DNA of 32,000 nucleotides from the NCBI RefSeq assembly GCF_000012805.1, contig NC_007484.1, positions 1,560,001 through 1,592,000 on the forward strand, written 5' to 3'. The notes under the pieces are model-generated. The model made no database searches. It was given only the letters and a program-made list of their open reading frames with translations, and had not been told where the DNA came from. Both the position numbers and the translations under genes were made by a program. Shown here piece by piece: positions 1 to 9,431 of the stretch. Positions within the stretch are counted from its first letter, which is position 1. Each line of letters starts with the position of its first letter. This DNA is from Nitrosococcus oceani ATCC 19707 (GTDB taxonomy: Bacteria; Pseudomonadota; Gammaproteobacteria; Nitrosococcales; Nitrosococcaceae).

Positions 1-1461
1 ACCCTGCGTAAGCTGGTTTTGGATGTGGATATCTTCGCGCGGGCTAGCCCAGAACATAAGCTCCGTTTGGTCAAGGCTTTGCAGGCTCAAGGACGAGTCG
101 TGGCTATGACGGGTGATGGAGTCAACGATGCACCCGCCTTGAAACGGGCCGATGTGGGTATTGCCATGGGACAGAAGGGCACGGAGGTGGCTAAAGAGGC
201 CGCCGAAGCCGTGCTTACCGACGATGATTTTGCTTCCATTGCCCAAGCGGTAAAGGAAGGACGTACCGTTTATGACAATCTAAAGAAATCCATACTTTTT
301 ATTTTGCCCACCAATGGGGGCGAAGCGATGACCTTGTTGGTTGCCATTTTGCTTGGCTATATGCTCCCCATTACCCCGGTGCAGATTCTATGGATTAACA
401 TGATCACGGCGGTTACCCTGGCCTTGGCGCTGGCTTTTGAGCCTCCAGAAGGGAATGTCATGCGCCGTCCTCCCCGTGATCCGGGGGAACCGGTACTATC
501 CGGGTTTTTAATTTGGCGTATTGTTTTCGTCTCGGCTATTTTGGTAGCCGGTACTTTTGGGCTCTTTCTTTGGTACCGGGAACAAGGCGCATCTATTGAA
601 TATGCTCGGACTATTGCCGTGAATACCATGGTAATGTTTGAGATATTCTACCTTTTCAGTACCCGCTATATAACTCGTTCAGCCTTATCCCGAGAGGGTC
701 TACTGGGTAACCGCTACGTTTTGATAGCTATTACCATCGTGACGGTTTTCCAATTGCTGTTTACCTATAGCGCACCGATGCAGCAGCTTTTTACCACCGT
801 GGCTTTAGGGCTCAGGGATTGGGGTTGGATTATACTCGTTACTTCTTCTGTATTTGTGTTAGTGGAACTGGAAAAACTATTTTTGAGGCAAAGGGAAGAA
901 AAAGCCCCGCCCCTAGTGACTAAACCAACTGTGGCGGCACTTGAGCGGTTTAAGCCCCGGGGAGTCTGGCTAGCAGCGCTTGTTCTTCTGCTGCTTGGCG
1001 TCGGGGTAGGCCGTTGGGTATGGGTTCAGTTCGATAGGGAGGGAGAAGAAGTCCTGGTCGTGACAGAAGCAGAAAAACAGGCGCCTCAACCTGCCGAGCC
1101 TCTGTTAGACACTCAGACTCCGAAGGTAAAAACGCCTCCTGGCAGGGAGCCGGCGTCTGCCTCTCAGCAGCCTGAAGTGGCGGCGATACCGTTGCTGGAG
1201 GAAAGCAAGGAAGAACCGGAAAGGCCCAAAATGGCCTCTAAGCCTCCCACCCAGGAAGAATTGGAACAGGCCAAAGTGCCCCCGGCGGCAAAAACAGCGA
1301 TTGTCCAGCCAGGCGATAGCTTATCCCTGATCGCTGCACGAACCTACGGCGATCCCCAGCAATGGCTGCTTATCTATAAAGCCAATCGGGGCAAGATCAA
1401 GGACCCTAACATCATCGTTCCAGGCATGGAGTTGATTCTCCCCCCAGTGCCTAAAAATTAG
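1..1461 (+). CDS. Cation-transporting P-type ATPase (type II, SERCA/PMCA-like), C-terminal part. The 5' end lies outside the window. It has an atypical C-terminal extension (extra TM + Pro/Glu-rich linker + LysM).
   Basis: The frame is open from nt 1 ([24 protein letters not shown]...). The hinge motif [22 protein letters not shown] is present, followed by several hydrophobic TM segments (TM5-10-like). Stop is TAG at 1459-1461. Confidence 0.9.
   Translation, partial: TLRKLVLDVDIFARASPEHKLRLVKALQAQGRVVAMTGDGVNDAPALKRADVGIAMGQKGTEVAKEAAEAVLTDDDFASIAQAVKEGRTVYDNLKKSILFILPTNGGEAMTLLVAILLGYMLPITPVQILWINMITAVTLALALAFEPPEGNVMRRPPRDPGEPVLSGFLIWRIVFVSAILVAGTFGLFLWYREQGASIEYARTIAVNTMVMFEIFYLFSTRYITRSALSREGLLGNRYVLIAITIVTVFQLLFTYSAPMQQLFTTVALGLRDWGWIILVTSSVFVLVELEKLFLRQREEKAPPLVTKPTVAALERFKPRGVWLAALVLLLLGVGVGRWVWVQFDREGEEVLVVTEAEKQAPQPAEPLLDTQTPKVKTPPGREPASASQQPEVAAIPLLEESKEEPERPKMASKPPTQEELEQAKVPPAAKTAIVQPGDSLSLIAARTYGDPQQWLLIYKANRGKIKDPNIIVPGMELILPPVPKN
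1300..1440 (+). other. LysM peptidoglycan-binding domain at the extreme C-terminus of the P-type ATPase ORF
   Basis: [48 protein letters not shown] matches the LysM pattern (Y/IxVxxGDSLxxIA...W..I...N...I.DPN.I.PG..L.IP). It is preceded by a hydrophobic helix ([21 protein letters not shown], about nt 961-1026) and a Pro/Glu/Lys-rich linker. Confidence 0.75.
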
Positions 1462-2029
1462 AATTTTTCAAAATTTTATCCGTCCGAGAAATTCGCTTTT
1501 CTCAGCGGTTCTCGTCCTCGGCGCGTCGCTTCACTTCGCGACTTCGCTAGGAGGCTTTCAGCATCCTTGGAGAACTTCAATGAGGTTGGCATAGTCTATA
1601 AAAAAGCAAGCAAGTGGTGTTGTTACCATGACCGATTTGTTACAGGTTATTTGTAGGTATTGGGGAGATGCCATATTAGGACATCTGGCCACGCAGGTGG
1701 GGCCAAACACTTAAATTAACTAGTTACTCAAGGGTAATTTTACCAAATAGCGCGTAAAGCATTGCCCAATGCGGGCGGTGATATAAGCGCCTTGCAGAAC
1801 CATGGGCATCATTGTTAAATCCATCTTACACCGCCGGACGGGCGGGGTTAGCCTGTGGAGCGACCGGAACGGGGGCAGCGGCCAGCGCCGCTGTCTAGGG
1901 AAGGCACGTTGAAGCAGGAAAGTTCCTGGGGCGACCCAAGAACCTCTGCCCCATCGGGCGGAGAGTGTCAGTAGGCTTAAATTTAATAGAAGCAGTTTGA
2001 GTTTATCTTCCGAGAGCAGAGAAGAAGCG

Positions 2030-2680
2030 ATGAAGTCAAAACAAGAGACGGATTCTGGAACCGGGGCAAGGCAAGTAGAAACCCCGGCAGTAGAGGAGCT
2101 AGAAGAGCACGAGGTCAGGGAAGAAGAAAACGCGGGCATGGAAATGGCGGCAAGGGCCTATCCCCGGAAGAGGCTTACCTTGGATGAGATGGTATTTTAT
2201 GGCTTGATCATCCTTTCGGTGATAGGCGTTGGAATTACTCAGGCTTCTGTCATTGTGGGCCGCACCTATTGGCTAGCCATGATACCGATTATTGCGGCCA
2301 CCACCCTTTATATAGAGTGGGAAAGGGACCGTGGAAAGGAGATCAGATGGCGAACGCTACTGCGAACCCAGCTTTTCCACTGGGCAGCGCTTTTGGTTTC
2401 CGTAGAGTTAGTGTACATGCTTTTCAATTTTGGCCGGCTCAGTAATGAAGGTGTGAGCCTAATGATTCTCCTGTTAGTGGCGCAGACGACGTTTCTGGTA
2501 GGGGTATATGTGGATTGGCGGTTTTCCATAGTGGCCTTGTTCCAGGTGTTGTGCCTCATCGTGCTGGCTTATTTGAAAGCTTATATATGGATAATGCTAT
2601 TAATTGCTACCGGGATTATTGCCTTGGGGATTTATTTCCATAGAAAATTTCCAGGAAAAATTCCTTCTTCCCGCCGCTAA
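2030..2680 (+). CDS. Hypothetical integral membrane protein (acidic N-terminal tail, about 5 TM helices)
   Basis: The ORF 1997-2680 begins at TTG, so I prefer the in-frame ATG at 2030 (MKSKQETDSG...). The Glu-rich N-terminus is followed by long hydrophobic segments. I recognise no family. Confidence 0.55.
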   Translation: MKSKQETDSGTGARQVETPAVEELEEHEVREEENAGMEMAARAYPRKRLTLDEMVFYGLIILSVIGVGITQASVIVGRTYWLAMIPIIAATTLYIEWERDRGKEIRWRTLLRTQLFHWAALLVSVELVYMLFNFGRLSNEGVSLMILLLVAQTTFLVGVYVDWRFSIVALFQVLCLIVLAYLKAYIWIMLLIATGIIALGIYFHRKFPGKIPSSRR

Positions 2681-2930
2681 TCGTGCTTAGCGGCGCTGCT
2701 TTTAGCTGTTCTAAAAACGTCCCGGCATGTAAAAATAGGCACTTAACCTATGGGAAATTGCCAGATAAAATTTTATGTTTTACAGGGTACTCGCTCGGTC
2801 TGCCCCACGAGAGCTAGAGGCATAATGGTTGGTGTTCCCAGTGGTGGGCATCTTGCCGCCATGCTCACCTTCTACTTATGACCCAGCCGTTGCACCGTTA
2901 ACGGCAGTTGTGTAACCCCCATTTTCTAAT

Positions 2931-4049
2931 ATGCCTCTTATTCGCGATTGGTTTCAGCGCTATTTTGCCGATCCTCAGGTAACTGGCCTGGCTATTTTAC
3001 TGGCTGTTGGTTTTGCCACTGTTGTCTTTATGGGCCACGTATTGGCGCCGGTGCTTGCAAGCCTGGTGATCGCCTATCTGCTCGAGGGAATCGTGGGATA
3101 TCTGGAGCGCCGAGGTTGCCCTCGCTGGATAGCCGTAATTTTGGTGTTTGTGGTGTTCATGGTTGCTCTTTTTGGGGACATCTTTGGATTGATACCCTTG
3201 CTTTCGCAACAGGTTACCCAGTTTTTCCAGCTTTTGCCTAAAATGATTGCCCAGGGGCAGCAGCTTCTGCTAAGCCTGCCTGAGTATTATCCAAATCTGT
3301 TCTCCCAGGACCAGGTCAATAATCTGGTGAGTGCCCTCCATGTTGAGGTGGCCCAATTGGGGCAAGAGATGCTTTCCTGGTCCCTGGCGTCAGTGACGAG
3401 CCTCATTATGCTGGGGATGTACCTTGTGCTGGTGCCGCTACTGGTATTTTTCTTCCTCAAGGACAAAAATCGCCTGGTTGGATGGTGTAAATCTTATCTT
3501 CCCCAGGAGCGAAAATTAATCGTTCAAGTCTGGCGTGAGGTGGATTTTCAGATTGCCAACTATATTCGTGGTAAATGTATCGAGATCCTAATTGTCTGGG
3601 CAGTAAGTTTTATTACCTTTTATCTTTTGGGTTTGCAGTTTTCTATGCTGCTGAGTGTGCTCATGGGATTGTCGGTGATTATTCCCTATATTGGGGCGAT
3701 GGCGATCACTTTGCTGGTAGCTTTTGTGGCTTACTTCCAATGGGGGTTGAGTGCTGAACTTGCTGAAGCATTCGGTGTTTGTGTGATCATCCAGTTCTTG
3801 GACGGCAATGTGTTGGCTCCTTTATTATTCGCCGAAGTGGTGGACTTGCACCCCGTGGCGGTGATTGTGGCCATTGTGGTTTTTGGTGGGGTGTGGGGAT
3901 TCTGGGGGCTCTTCTTTGCGATTCCGCTTGCCACTCTCATACAGGCGGTACTTAAAGCCTGGCCCAAGCTCCCCCCTGCAAAAGAGCCGCTTCCGCTGTT
4001 AAAACGTTGGGGTATTCGCTTCTTGCCGGGACGACAACGGTCGCGGTGA
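2931..4049 (+). CDS. AI-2E family transporter (PerM/UPF0118-like permease), paralog 1
   Basis: 372 aa polytopic membrane protein. The N-terminus MPLIRDWFQRYFADPQV...LAPVLASLVIAYLLEGIVGYLERRGCPRWIAV and the C-terminal IIQFLDGNVLAPLLFAEVVDLHPVAVIVAIVVFGGVWGFWGLFFAIPLA are typical of the family. Confidence 0.85.
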   Translation: MPLIRDWFQRYFADPQVTGLAILLAVGFATVVFMGHVLAPVLASLVIAYLLEGIVGYLERRGCPRWIAVILVFVVFMVALFGDIFGLIPLLSQQVTQFFQLLPKMIAQGQQLLLSLPEYYPNLFSQDQVNNLVSALHVEVAQLGQEMLSWSLASVTSLIMLGMYLVLVPLLVFFFLKDKNRLVGWCKSYLPQERKLIVQVWREVDFQIANYIRGKCIEILIVWAVSFITFYLLGLQFSMLLSVLMGLSVIIPYIGAMAITLLVAFVAYFQWGLSAELAEAFGVCVIIQFLDGNVLAPLLFAEVVDLHPVAVIVAIVVFGGVWGFWGLFFAIPLATLIQAVLKAWPKLPPAKEPLPLLKRWGIRFLPGRQRSR

Positions 4050-4200
4050 GGCAAGGTATCGTATATGCAGCAGCCGTACCCATGGGCCGCTTATCCATAA
4101 CGCTCGGGGCAAGAGTAATGGCCCTCATGTAGGGGAGACGACAGCACGAAGAAGGCGGCAGGTGCTTGATCTATCTCGATTGCAAGTTAAGGCATTGCCA

Positions 4201-4659
4201 TCAGTGAATGATCGTCACTGGCCCGCTAGCGTGGCGTACGACTTTTTCGCTCACGCTGCCTAGTAACAGGGCTTCAAAGCGTGAGAGACCGCGCCGCCCT
4301 ATTACTGTTATTGTGTTAGGGCGTTTCTCAAGGTAATGGATAATTTCCGTTGCTGGGTCGCCTGTGAGGATCTCTTCTTTAATTTCTTGGTCCTGGTCAC
4401 CAATAATCCGCCGGGCTTCGTCAAAAACCTTACGGGCTGTTTCTTTTTTGAGCTGTTCGTTATCTTCCTCCTCTGGATGGGTGATGCTCAAAAAATCAAA
4501 ATCGCTCGTGGCTCTCGTTGGAAATACGTAGAGCAAAGTCATTTTGTTTTTCGTCGTTTTAGCCAAGCGGGCAGCAAAGCGTGCTGCCCGCTTGGCATTT
4601 TCAGAGCCGTCTACCGTTACAATGATGTCTTCAATAATGTCATTGAATTGAGCATTCAT
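4201..4659 (-). CDS. Universal stress protein (UspA family)
   Basis: IIVTVDGSENAKRAARFAARLA...LLYVF...VIGRRGLSRFEALLLGSVSEKVVRHASGPVTIIH carries the Usp ATP-binding G-x2-G-x9-G(S/T) region. Start chosen at the ATG at 4659, which sits 8 nt after AAGGAG, rather than the ORF-track start at 4680. Confidence 0.85.
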   Translation of the reverse strand: MNAQFNDIIEDIIVTVDGSENAKRAARFAARLAKTTKNKMTLLYVFPTRATSDFDFLSITHPEEEDNEQLKKETARKVFDEARRIIGDQDQEIKEEILTGDPATEIIHYLEKRPNTITVIGRRGLSRFEALLLGSVSEKVVRHASGPVTIIH

Positions 4660-4775
4660 GATAATCGCTCCTTCATTCATATCCTAAGAAAGTCAGGTAT
4701 TCATTTACATTTATAGATATAGTCGCTCTCCTTAGCTTGCGCCAATAGAAATTTACGGTGCGGGTTAATCTTTTT

Positions 4776-5975
4776 TTAGCCTGGTCGTCCGTCTACCCTG
4801 GGCCGCCATAAGATAGAGGTATAGTGAAATAGGAAAACCCCAAAAGCCCCTATCCAGAGTCCACCCGAAAGCAGCCAAACAGCTACTATGTGAGTGGGCA
4901 GCAGCAGCGGGCCAGCGACTCGGACAATAACACCTAGCGTAATCAATCCATAAGCTAACATCATTCTTTCAGGCAATACCATGCGTCGTCCCGTATGGCC
5001 AAGGGAAACCCGCGAGATCATGCCCAGGATGAGCGTACCCATGGCTCCCACCGTCAACAGGTGGATTGCAATGCTATGGTAGTCTCCCGCTAGGTAGGCG
5101 TCCAAGCCCTTGGTGATAAGCCCGGCGCAAATCCATACATATCCTAGATGCAGCACCCATAGAAGCGGTTGGGATAAAGTTTTATACCCGCCCCAGCCAA
5201 GCAGACGGATTAGGTTAAATATTCCCGCCGCAAGGGCGATGGCGCCGGTGAGGGCGTTTATCCCACTGATGGCTTCTAACATCAAAAGCACGGCGACGGA
5301 GCCAATAGCCAGGCGCTCGAGCCAGACAGATTGGTGGATAGGGATTTGGAGGGTATTGCGGGTGAAGGAAGGAATTACCCGGCCGCCAAGGATCACCATT
5401 AAGAGAGTAATGACATTGACCGTGGCATGCAGGGCCGGTGCTGTTGCCGTGGGAAGATAACCTGCCCCGCCCAGGTGAACCAGCAGATTGCAACTTGCTA
5501 GAACCCCTAATATCACTACCAGGGCGATACTGCGGGTATGGCGCGCAGCCACGATAGGCCGGGCAACGAAAAATAATAGGCAGGGAATAAAGGCCATATC
5601 AACCGTAATGACAAGGAAAACAGGTAGGATATCTCCCCCTAGCATGACGGCTCGTCCAGCCATCCATAATAGAACGAGAAGAAGCAGGGAAGGGCCGGCC
5701 GCCGTAATACGCCCAGTCCAATTCTGGGCTGCGGTCAAAAGAAATCCCGCAATGATGGCGGCAACAAAGCCGAACAGCATCTCGTGGGCGTGCCAGTAAG
5801 GCAGGGGGAGGTGCGAATTGAGGCTCAATTGCCCGCTTAATAGCAATAGCCATAAGAGCATCCAGACGCTGCTCATCAAGGTTCCAAGCCAGAAAAAGGG
5901 CCGGAAACCCGTACCCAGGAAAGTCCAGCGGCGGTGCTGCAACACAGCGTTTGAAAAGGGGGTAGAGGAAGACAT
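4776..5975 (-). CDS. nnrS: NnrS family protein (haem/copper membrane protein linked to NO stress response)
   Basis: 399 aa with about 12 TM. GFRPFFWLG...WHAHEMLFGFVAAIIAGFLLTAAQNWTG is the characteristic NnrS N-terminal signature with conserved His residues. Confidence 0.85.
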   Translation of the reverse strand: MSSSTPFSNAVLQHRRWTFLGTGFRPFFWLGTLMSSVWMLLWLLLLSGQLSLNSHLPLPYWHAHEMLFGFVAAIIAGFLLTAAQNWTGRITAAGPSLLLLVLLWMAGRAVMLGGDILPVFLVITVDMAFIPCLLFFVARPIVAARHTRSIALVVILGVLASCNLLVHLGGAGYLPTATAPALHATVNVITLLMVILGGRVIPSFTRNTLQIPIHQSVWLERLAIGSVAVLLMLEAISGINALTGAIALAAGIFNLIRLLGWGGYKTLSQPLLWVLHLGYVWICAGLITKGLDAYLAGDYHSIAIHLLTVGAMGTLILGMISRVSLGHTGRRMVLPERMMLAYGLITLGVIVRVAGPLLLPTHIVAVWLLSGGLWIGAFGVFLFHYTSILWRPRVDGRPG

Positions 5976-6055
5976 AGACCTTAGGCTCCTGCAAACAACA
6001 CGGGAAATAATAACTATTCTTTTTTGTATTTAACTTGTTGTAATAAATAGAAAAA

Positions 6056-6084
6056 TTGACAATTCTTTAGTGCTTCGCTAAAGT
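6056..6084 (+). promoter_or_regulatory. Candidate sigma70 promoter of bacterioferritin gene
   Basis: TTGACA (6056-6061), a 17 nt spacer, then TAAAGT (6079-6084), about 40 nt upstream of the bfr ATG. Confidence 0.45.
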
Positions 6085-6125
6085 ATTTTTAAACCATCAT
6101 ACAATAACAGCAAGGAGTGTGCACC

Positions 6126-6590
6126 ATGAAGGGCGATAAAAAGATAATCAGCTACCTTAATAAAGCGCTGACCAATGAATTGACGGCTATCAACCAGTAT
6201 TTCCTCCATGCCCGTATGTATAAGAATTGGGGCTTTGAAAAGCTGAATAAATATGAGTACGATGCCTCCATTGACGAGATGAAGCATGCGGATCAGCTTA
6301 TTGAACGAATTTTATTCCTGGAAGGACTGCCCAACCTTCAGGATATGGGTAAGCTTTTAATTGGTGAAACTCCCAAGGAAATGCTGGAGTGTGATCTCAA
6401 GCTGGAACAGGATAATTTACCCGTGCTAAGAGAAGCGATTGCCCATTGCGAGAAGCAAAGCGACTATGTTTCCCGGGAGTTGTTTGAAGGAATTCTGGAC
6501 AGTGAGGAAGAACATATCGATTGGTTAGAAACTCAGTTAGAGCTTATTAAGCAGGTAGGCGAGCAAAACTATCTTCAATCTCACATGTAA
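6126..6590 (+). CDS. bfr: Bacterioferritin
   Basis: [37 protein letters not shown]...[15 protein letters not shown] shows the classic Bfr ferroxidase-centre residues and the haem-ligand Met context. AAGGAG (6112-6117) lies 8 nt before the ATG at 6126. Confidence 0.95.
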   Translation: MKGDKKIISYLNKALTNELTAINQYFLHARMYKNWGFEKLNKYEYDASIDEMKHADQLIERILFLEGLPNLQDMGKLLIGETPKEMLECDLKLEQDNLPVLREAIAHCEKQSDYVSRELFEGILDSEEEHIDWLETQLELIKQVGEQNYLQSHM

Positions 6591-6613
6591 GATCAGCTCG
6601 AACGTTTTCGCGG

Positions 6614-6651
6614 GGCCATCCTTCTGGTAACAACAAGTAGGATGGCCTTTT
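6614..6651 (+). terminator. Rho-independent terminator downstream of bfr
   Basis: GGCCATCC (6614-6621) pairs with GGATGGCC (6640-6647) and is followed by TTTT (6648-6651). Confidence 0.6.
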
Positions 6652-6846
6652 GGGGTGCAGATAGCCTGTTTCCAATGCAGGGGGGTACGTTGTGTCCAGG
6701 ATCTCGGCCCCTTAGGTTTCTTTATGAAAGTGTTTGAGGCATTGGAGGAGAAGGAGGTAGTTCCCTTTTTTTAGAGTCCTTACTCAGGGACGTCCCTCCT
6801 TTAATATTTATCAGCGTTATCTATATAAAACCCATGCTAGACTCTG

Positions 6847-7497
6847 TCAGCTCTCTAAGGTTTTAATAAATTCATTGGCCTCATCGATTGCAGCTTCCAT
6901 TTCTTGAACTAGCCGGTTGACATCCGTCTCTATAGTGCTGAGCTCCCCTTGTAAGGACGCAATGGCGCGGGCATTAAGATTATGCTTCAGGAACAGCACC
7001 TGATCATGGAAGGTGGTGAGTACCGGCTCTATTTTTGCTTCGGCGCGTTTCATGGCCCGGATCAGCTTGTCATAGCGGGTACGGGTTTGGGTAAGTTGCT
7101 GTTGGCTGCTGCGTCGTAGTGAGGGGTTATCGTACTGGTCCAGTTCTTCTTCCCATTCTTGGAACAAAGCTCCAGCAACGTTTTCAACAGAGGCGATACG
7201 GTCATGCACGGCTTCCGCCTTTTTCTGGCTGGCTTGATACTCGCCATTGAGCTCTTCATAAAGATCTTCTAGGTCGCCCCCATCGTAGTTCACAACGGAA
7301 GAAAATTGCTCTAGCGCGGACTGAAATTGTTCCTTCGCTTCAATTTGGGTATCCCGTACTTCTTCGACCCGATCTGCCAAAATATCCCTTTTGTGATACC
7401 CAAATTCCTCCATGGTTTTGTAATAGGCAGCTTGACAGCCGGTAAGTAGCAATAAAAAGAGGCTGGTTAGAAAGGCTCGAAGGGTTATGTTTAGCAT
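6847..7497 (-). CDS. DUF2959 family lipoprotein (coiled-coil rich)
   Basis: Lipobox LLLTGC is followed by QAAYYKTMEEFGYHKRDILADRVEEVRDTQIEAKEQFQSALEQF, which matches my memory of the DUF2959 N-terminus. The rest is helical and charged. Confidence 0.75.
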   Translation of the reverse strand: MLNITLRAFLTSLFLLLLTGCQAAYYKTMEEFGYHKRDILADRVEEVRDTQIEAKEQFQSALEQFSSVVNYDGGDLEDLYEELNGEYQASQKKAEAVHDRIASVENVAGALFQEWEEELDQYDNPSLRRSSQQQLTQTRTRYDKLIRAMKRAEAKIEPVLTTFHDQVLFLKHNLNARAIASLQGELSTIETDVNRLVQEMEAAIDEANEFIKTLES

Positions 7498-7611
7498 GGG
7501 AAAAGCTTCCGTTTTTAGACTAAAATTAAAAATAATAACAGAATTCTGAATAGAGAAAGCGGAGATGGGATGGGGACCTGAGACGTCGTTGTTTGTGTGG
7601 GTTTTTCAGCC

Positions 7612-8727
7612 ATGCAAAAACTAGCTGGAGTCCTGCAAAATTTCTTTAATCAGGCCCACGCTAAAGGCCGGTTACGCCGTGAGTGCTTTGGTAATCTGAT
7701 TTATTATCGACTTATTGATGATAGCCAACCCTTCAGGAGAGGGACGGTTATTTTTGAGGAGGGGACGCTGATTCCGGGGTATCCTCAGATTGGTCGGATG
7801 ATACGCCTTGATAAAGGACTTAAGGAACAATTTACTAAACCTTTTTGGGCGGAAGAGAAAGTCGATGGCTATAACGTACGTATTTTTCTGCTGGGAGAAC
7901 GTTTGCTAGGAGTAACGCGAGGTGGGTTTCTGTGTCCATTTACGGTAGATAGGCTTCCGGATCTGATAGATGAACGGATATTTTCTGACCACCCAGACTT
8001 TATTCTCTGCGGAGAGATAGCGGGTCCTGAAAACCCTTATCTCATCGGCTCTCCCCCTTTTATTAAGGAAGATATTCAGCTTTTCATCTTTGATTGCCAG
8101 CGTAAGGGCGAGTTCGACTATTTATCCCAAGCAGAAAAGCATCAGCTGATGGAGCATTATTCCCTCCCCTCGGTGCGTAATTTCGGCCTCTTTAAAGCTG
8201 AAGATATTCTCGCTATCAAACAGTTGATGATGACCCTGGATACGGAGGGTTGCGAGGGGTTGGTTTTTAAGGAGGATGTTCCCAGGGGCAAGCGGTCAAA
8301 GTACGTGACCAGCGATGCTAGTCTGAGCGATATTCAGGCCATGGCGCGTTACCTGCCAGATTTCCCGCCTGAATACTTCATAGGCCGCATTCTGCGGTCA
8401 GTCATTTTTCTGGATGAAGAGGGCATCAGCAGTACCCATGAACTCAAGGCCCAGCTAGGAAGCGCTTTTATAGATGGCCTGCTCAAGGCCATCAAGCAAT
8501 GCCAGCGCGAGCATCGGGTCTATCATCGTTTTCGTTGTCGCCTGCATGACCGTGCTAATGCAAGGCAGCTTTTAGCCCATTTGGCAAGGGGCGATGGTCA
8601 CATCCAAATCGTCAAGCATCGTCTGGTACGAGAAGGAGAGTTTTATATATTTGAATTTGATAAGGTTTTTCAGCGTACTACGGGGTTACTCGGTGAGTTG
8701 CTTTCAGGAGAGATGGTTTATGACTGA
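7612..8727 (+). CDS. ATP-dependent RNA ligase, Pab1020/Rnl3 (archaeal homodimeric) family
   Basis: Nucleotidyltransferase motifs I EEKVDGYNVR, III FILCGEIAG, IV CEGLVFKE and V GKRSKYVTS are present. The N-terminal RRGTVIFEEGTLIPGYPQIGRMIRLDKGLKEQFTKPFWAEEK is collinear with Pab1020 as I recall it. ATG at 7612 preferred over GTG at 7597. Confidence 0.85.
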   Translation: MQKLAGVLQNFFNQAHAKGRLRRECFGNLIYYRLIDDSQPFRRGTVIFEEGTLIPGYPQIGRMIRLDKGLKEQFTKPFWAEEKVDGYNVRIFLLGERLLGVTRGGFLCPFTVDRLPDLIDERIFSDHPDFILCGEIAGPENPYLIGSPPFIKEDIQLFIFDCQRKGEFDYLSQAEKHQLMEHYSLPSVRNFGLFKAEDILAIKQLMMTLDTEGCEGLVFKEDVPRGKRSKYVTSDASLSDIQAMARYLPDFPPEYFIGRILRSVIFLDEEGISSTHELKAQLGSAFIDGLLKAIKQCQREHRVYHRFRCRLHDRANARQLLAHLARGDGHIQIVKHRLVREGEFYIFEFDKVFQRTTGLLGELLSGEMVYD

Positions 8728-8749
8728 TATATTTTTCCCCTTGAGTGGC

Positions 8750-9346
8750 TTATTTTTGGGGCCGACTACAGGAGGTTAGGTTTTCTAACACTCGCCGTAG
8801 ATGTTGGGGGAGGATGATCTTAACCCCAACTTTATCCGCCCATTTACGCAGCCCCTCGTCTGCTGAGAGCAGCACCCCATCCAGCTCATAGGCAAGCAGC
8901 AAAACGTCGATATCTTCCCTGCTGTCGACAATGCCTCTGCGCAAGGTTTCTCGATAGCGTTCCCGCAGGCGGGTAATTAAGGCCCCTTGATCGGCAACGG
9001 TACCCGGTTGGGCGGCCATGCGGGCATGCTCCTCAGCAATGCGCAGGCCCCGGTCAATGCGGTGGCGGACCTCATGGATAAGCTCATAGAGAAACTCGCT
9101 TGGAATAGTCAGGCTGTATCGTCTTGGGGAGCGGATCTTGACTACGCTTTCAAAGTCGCCGCCAAGGGAAGCAAGGTCTTTCATGAGTCGGAACTCTTCA
9201 TAGACGGAACCTGGGATAAAAAACTCCGCGTCTGCTCGTCTAGCGAGTTGTAGAAATATCCGTGTTGCTTCCACCGCATCGCGGGCAAATTGGTTGAAGG
9301 TATCTGGATTAGTGAACACGCTGGTATCAAGAATGAAGCGTTCCAT
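8750..9346 (-). CDS. PIN-like 'RNA ligase partner' protein (MJ_0950 family)
   Basis: [15 protein letters not shown] (first PIN Asp) ... [30 protein letters not shown] (C-terminal PIN acidic residues). About 198 aa, convergent with the ligase with 22 nt between stop codons. Start placed at the ATG at 9346, not the ORF-track 9442. Confidence 0.8.
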   Translation of the reverse strand: MERFILDTSVFTNPDTFNQFARDAVEATRIFLQLARRADAEFFIPGSVYEEFRLMKDLASLGGDFESVVKIRSPRRYSLTIPSEFLYELIHEVRHRIDRGLRIAEEHARMAAQPGTVADQGALITRLRERYRETLRRGIVDSREDIDVLLLAYELDGVLLSADEGLRKWADKVGVKIILPQHLRRVLENLTSCSRPQK

Positions 9347-9431
9347 ATGAATGCCGCTGGCGTATTTGCAAGGTTGGTGAGGAAGGGATCTTATCTTGGC
9401 TTGATTCTCCAAGACCTTCGAGGAAAAAGCA

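Noticed and set aside
1905-1945. CAGGAAAGTTCCTGGGG resembles the RNase P RNA CR-I element (GAGGAAAGTCCGGGC), and GACCGGAACGGGGGCAGCGGCC (1860-1885) vaguely resembles the SRP RNA domain IV.
   Set aside because: None of the other universally conserved RNase P elements is present nearby (for example ACAGAACCCGGCTTA), nor are the SRP elements (GGAA tetraloop closed by UCC/GGA, symmetric loop). The similarity is limited to short strings.
1720-2139. 139-aa minus-strand ORF spanning the gene-free region and overlapping the 5' end of the 2030-2680 gene.
   Set aside because: The composition is low-complexity and rich in Ser, Leu, Arg and Pro (SSSLTSCSSSSSTAG..., RRWPLPPFRSLHRL). There are no start signals, and it overlaps a better-supported gene. 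It is probably spurious.
2895-2904. Perfect 10-bp palindrome CCGTTAACGG about 27 nt upstream of the first AI-2E gene, a possible operator.
   Set aside because: It is too short to distinguish from chance in 32 kb, the flanks do not extend the symmetry, and it contains a common restriction-site core.
6030-6075. Possible Fur box at the bacterioferritin promoter (AT-rich GAAAAATTGACAATTC).
   Set aside because: The match to the 19-nt Fur consensus is poor when aligned by eye, so I do not call it.
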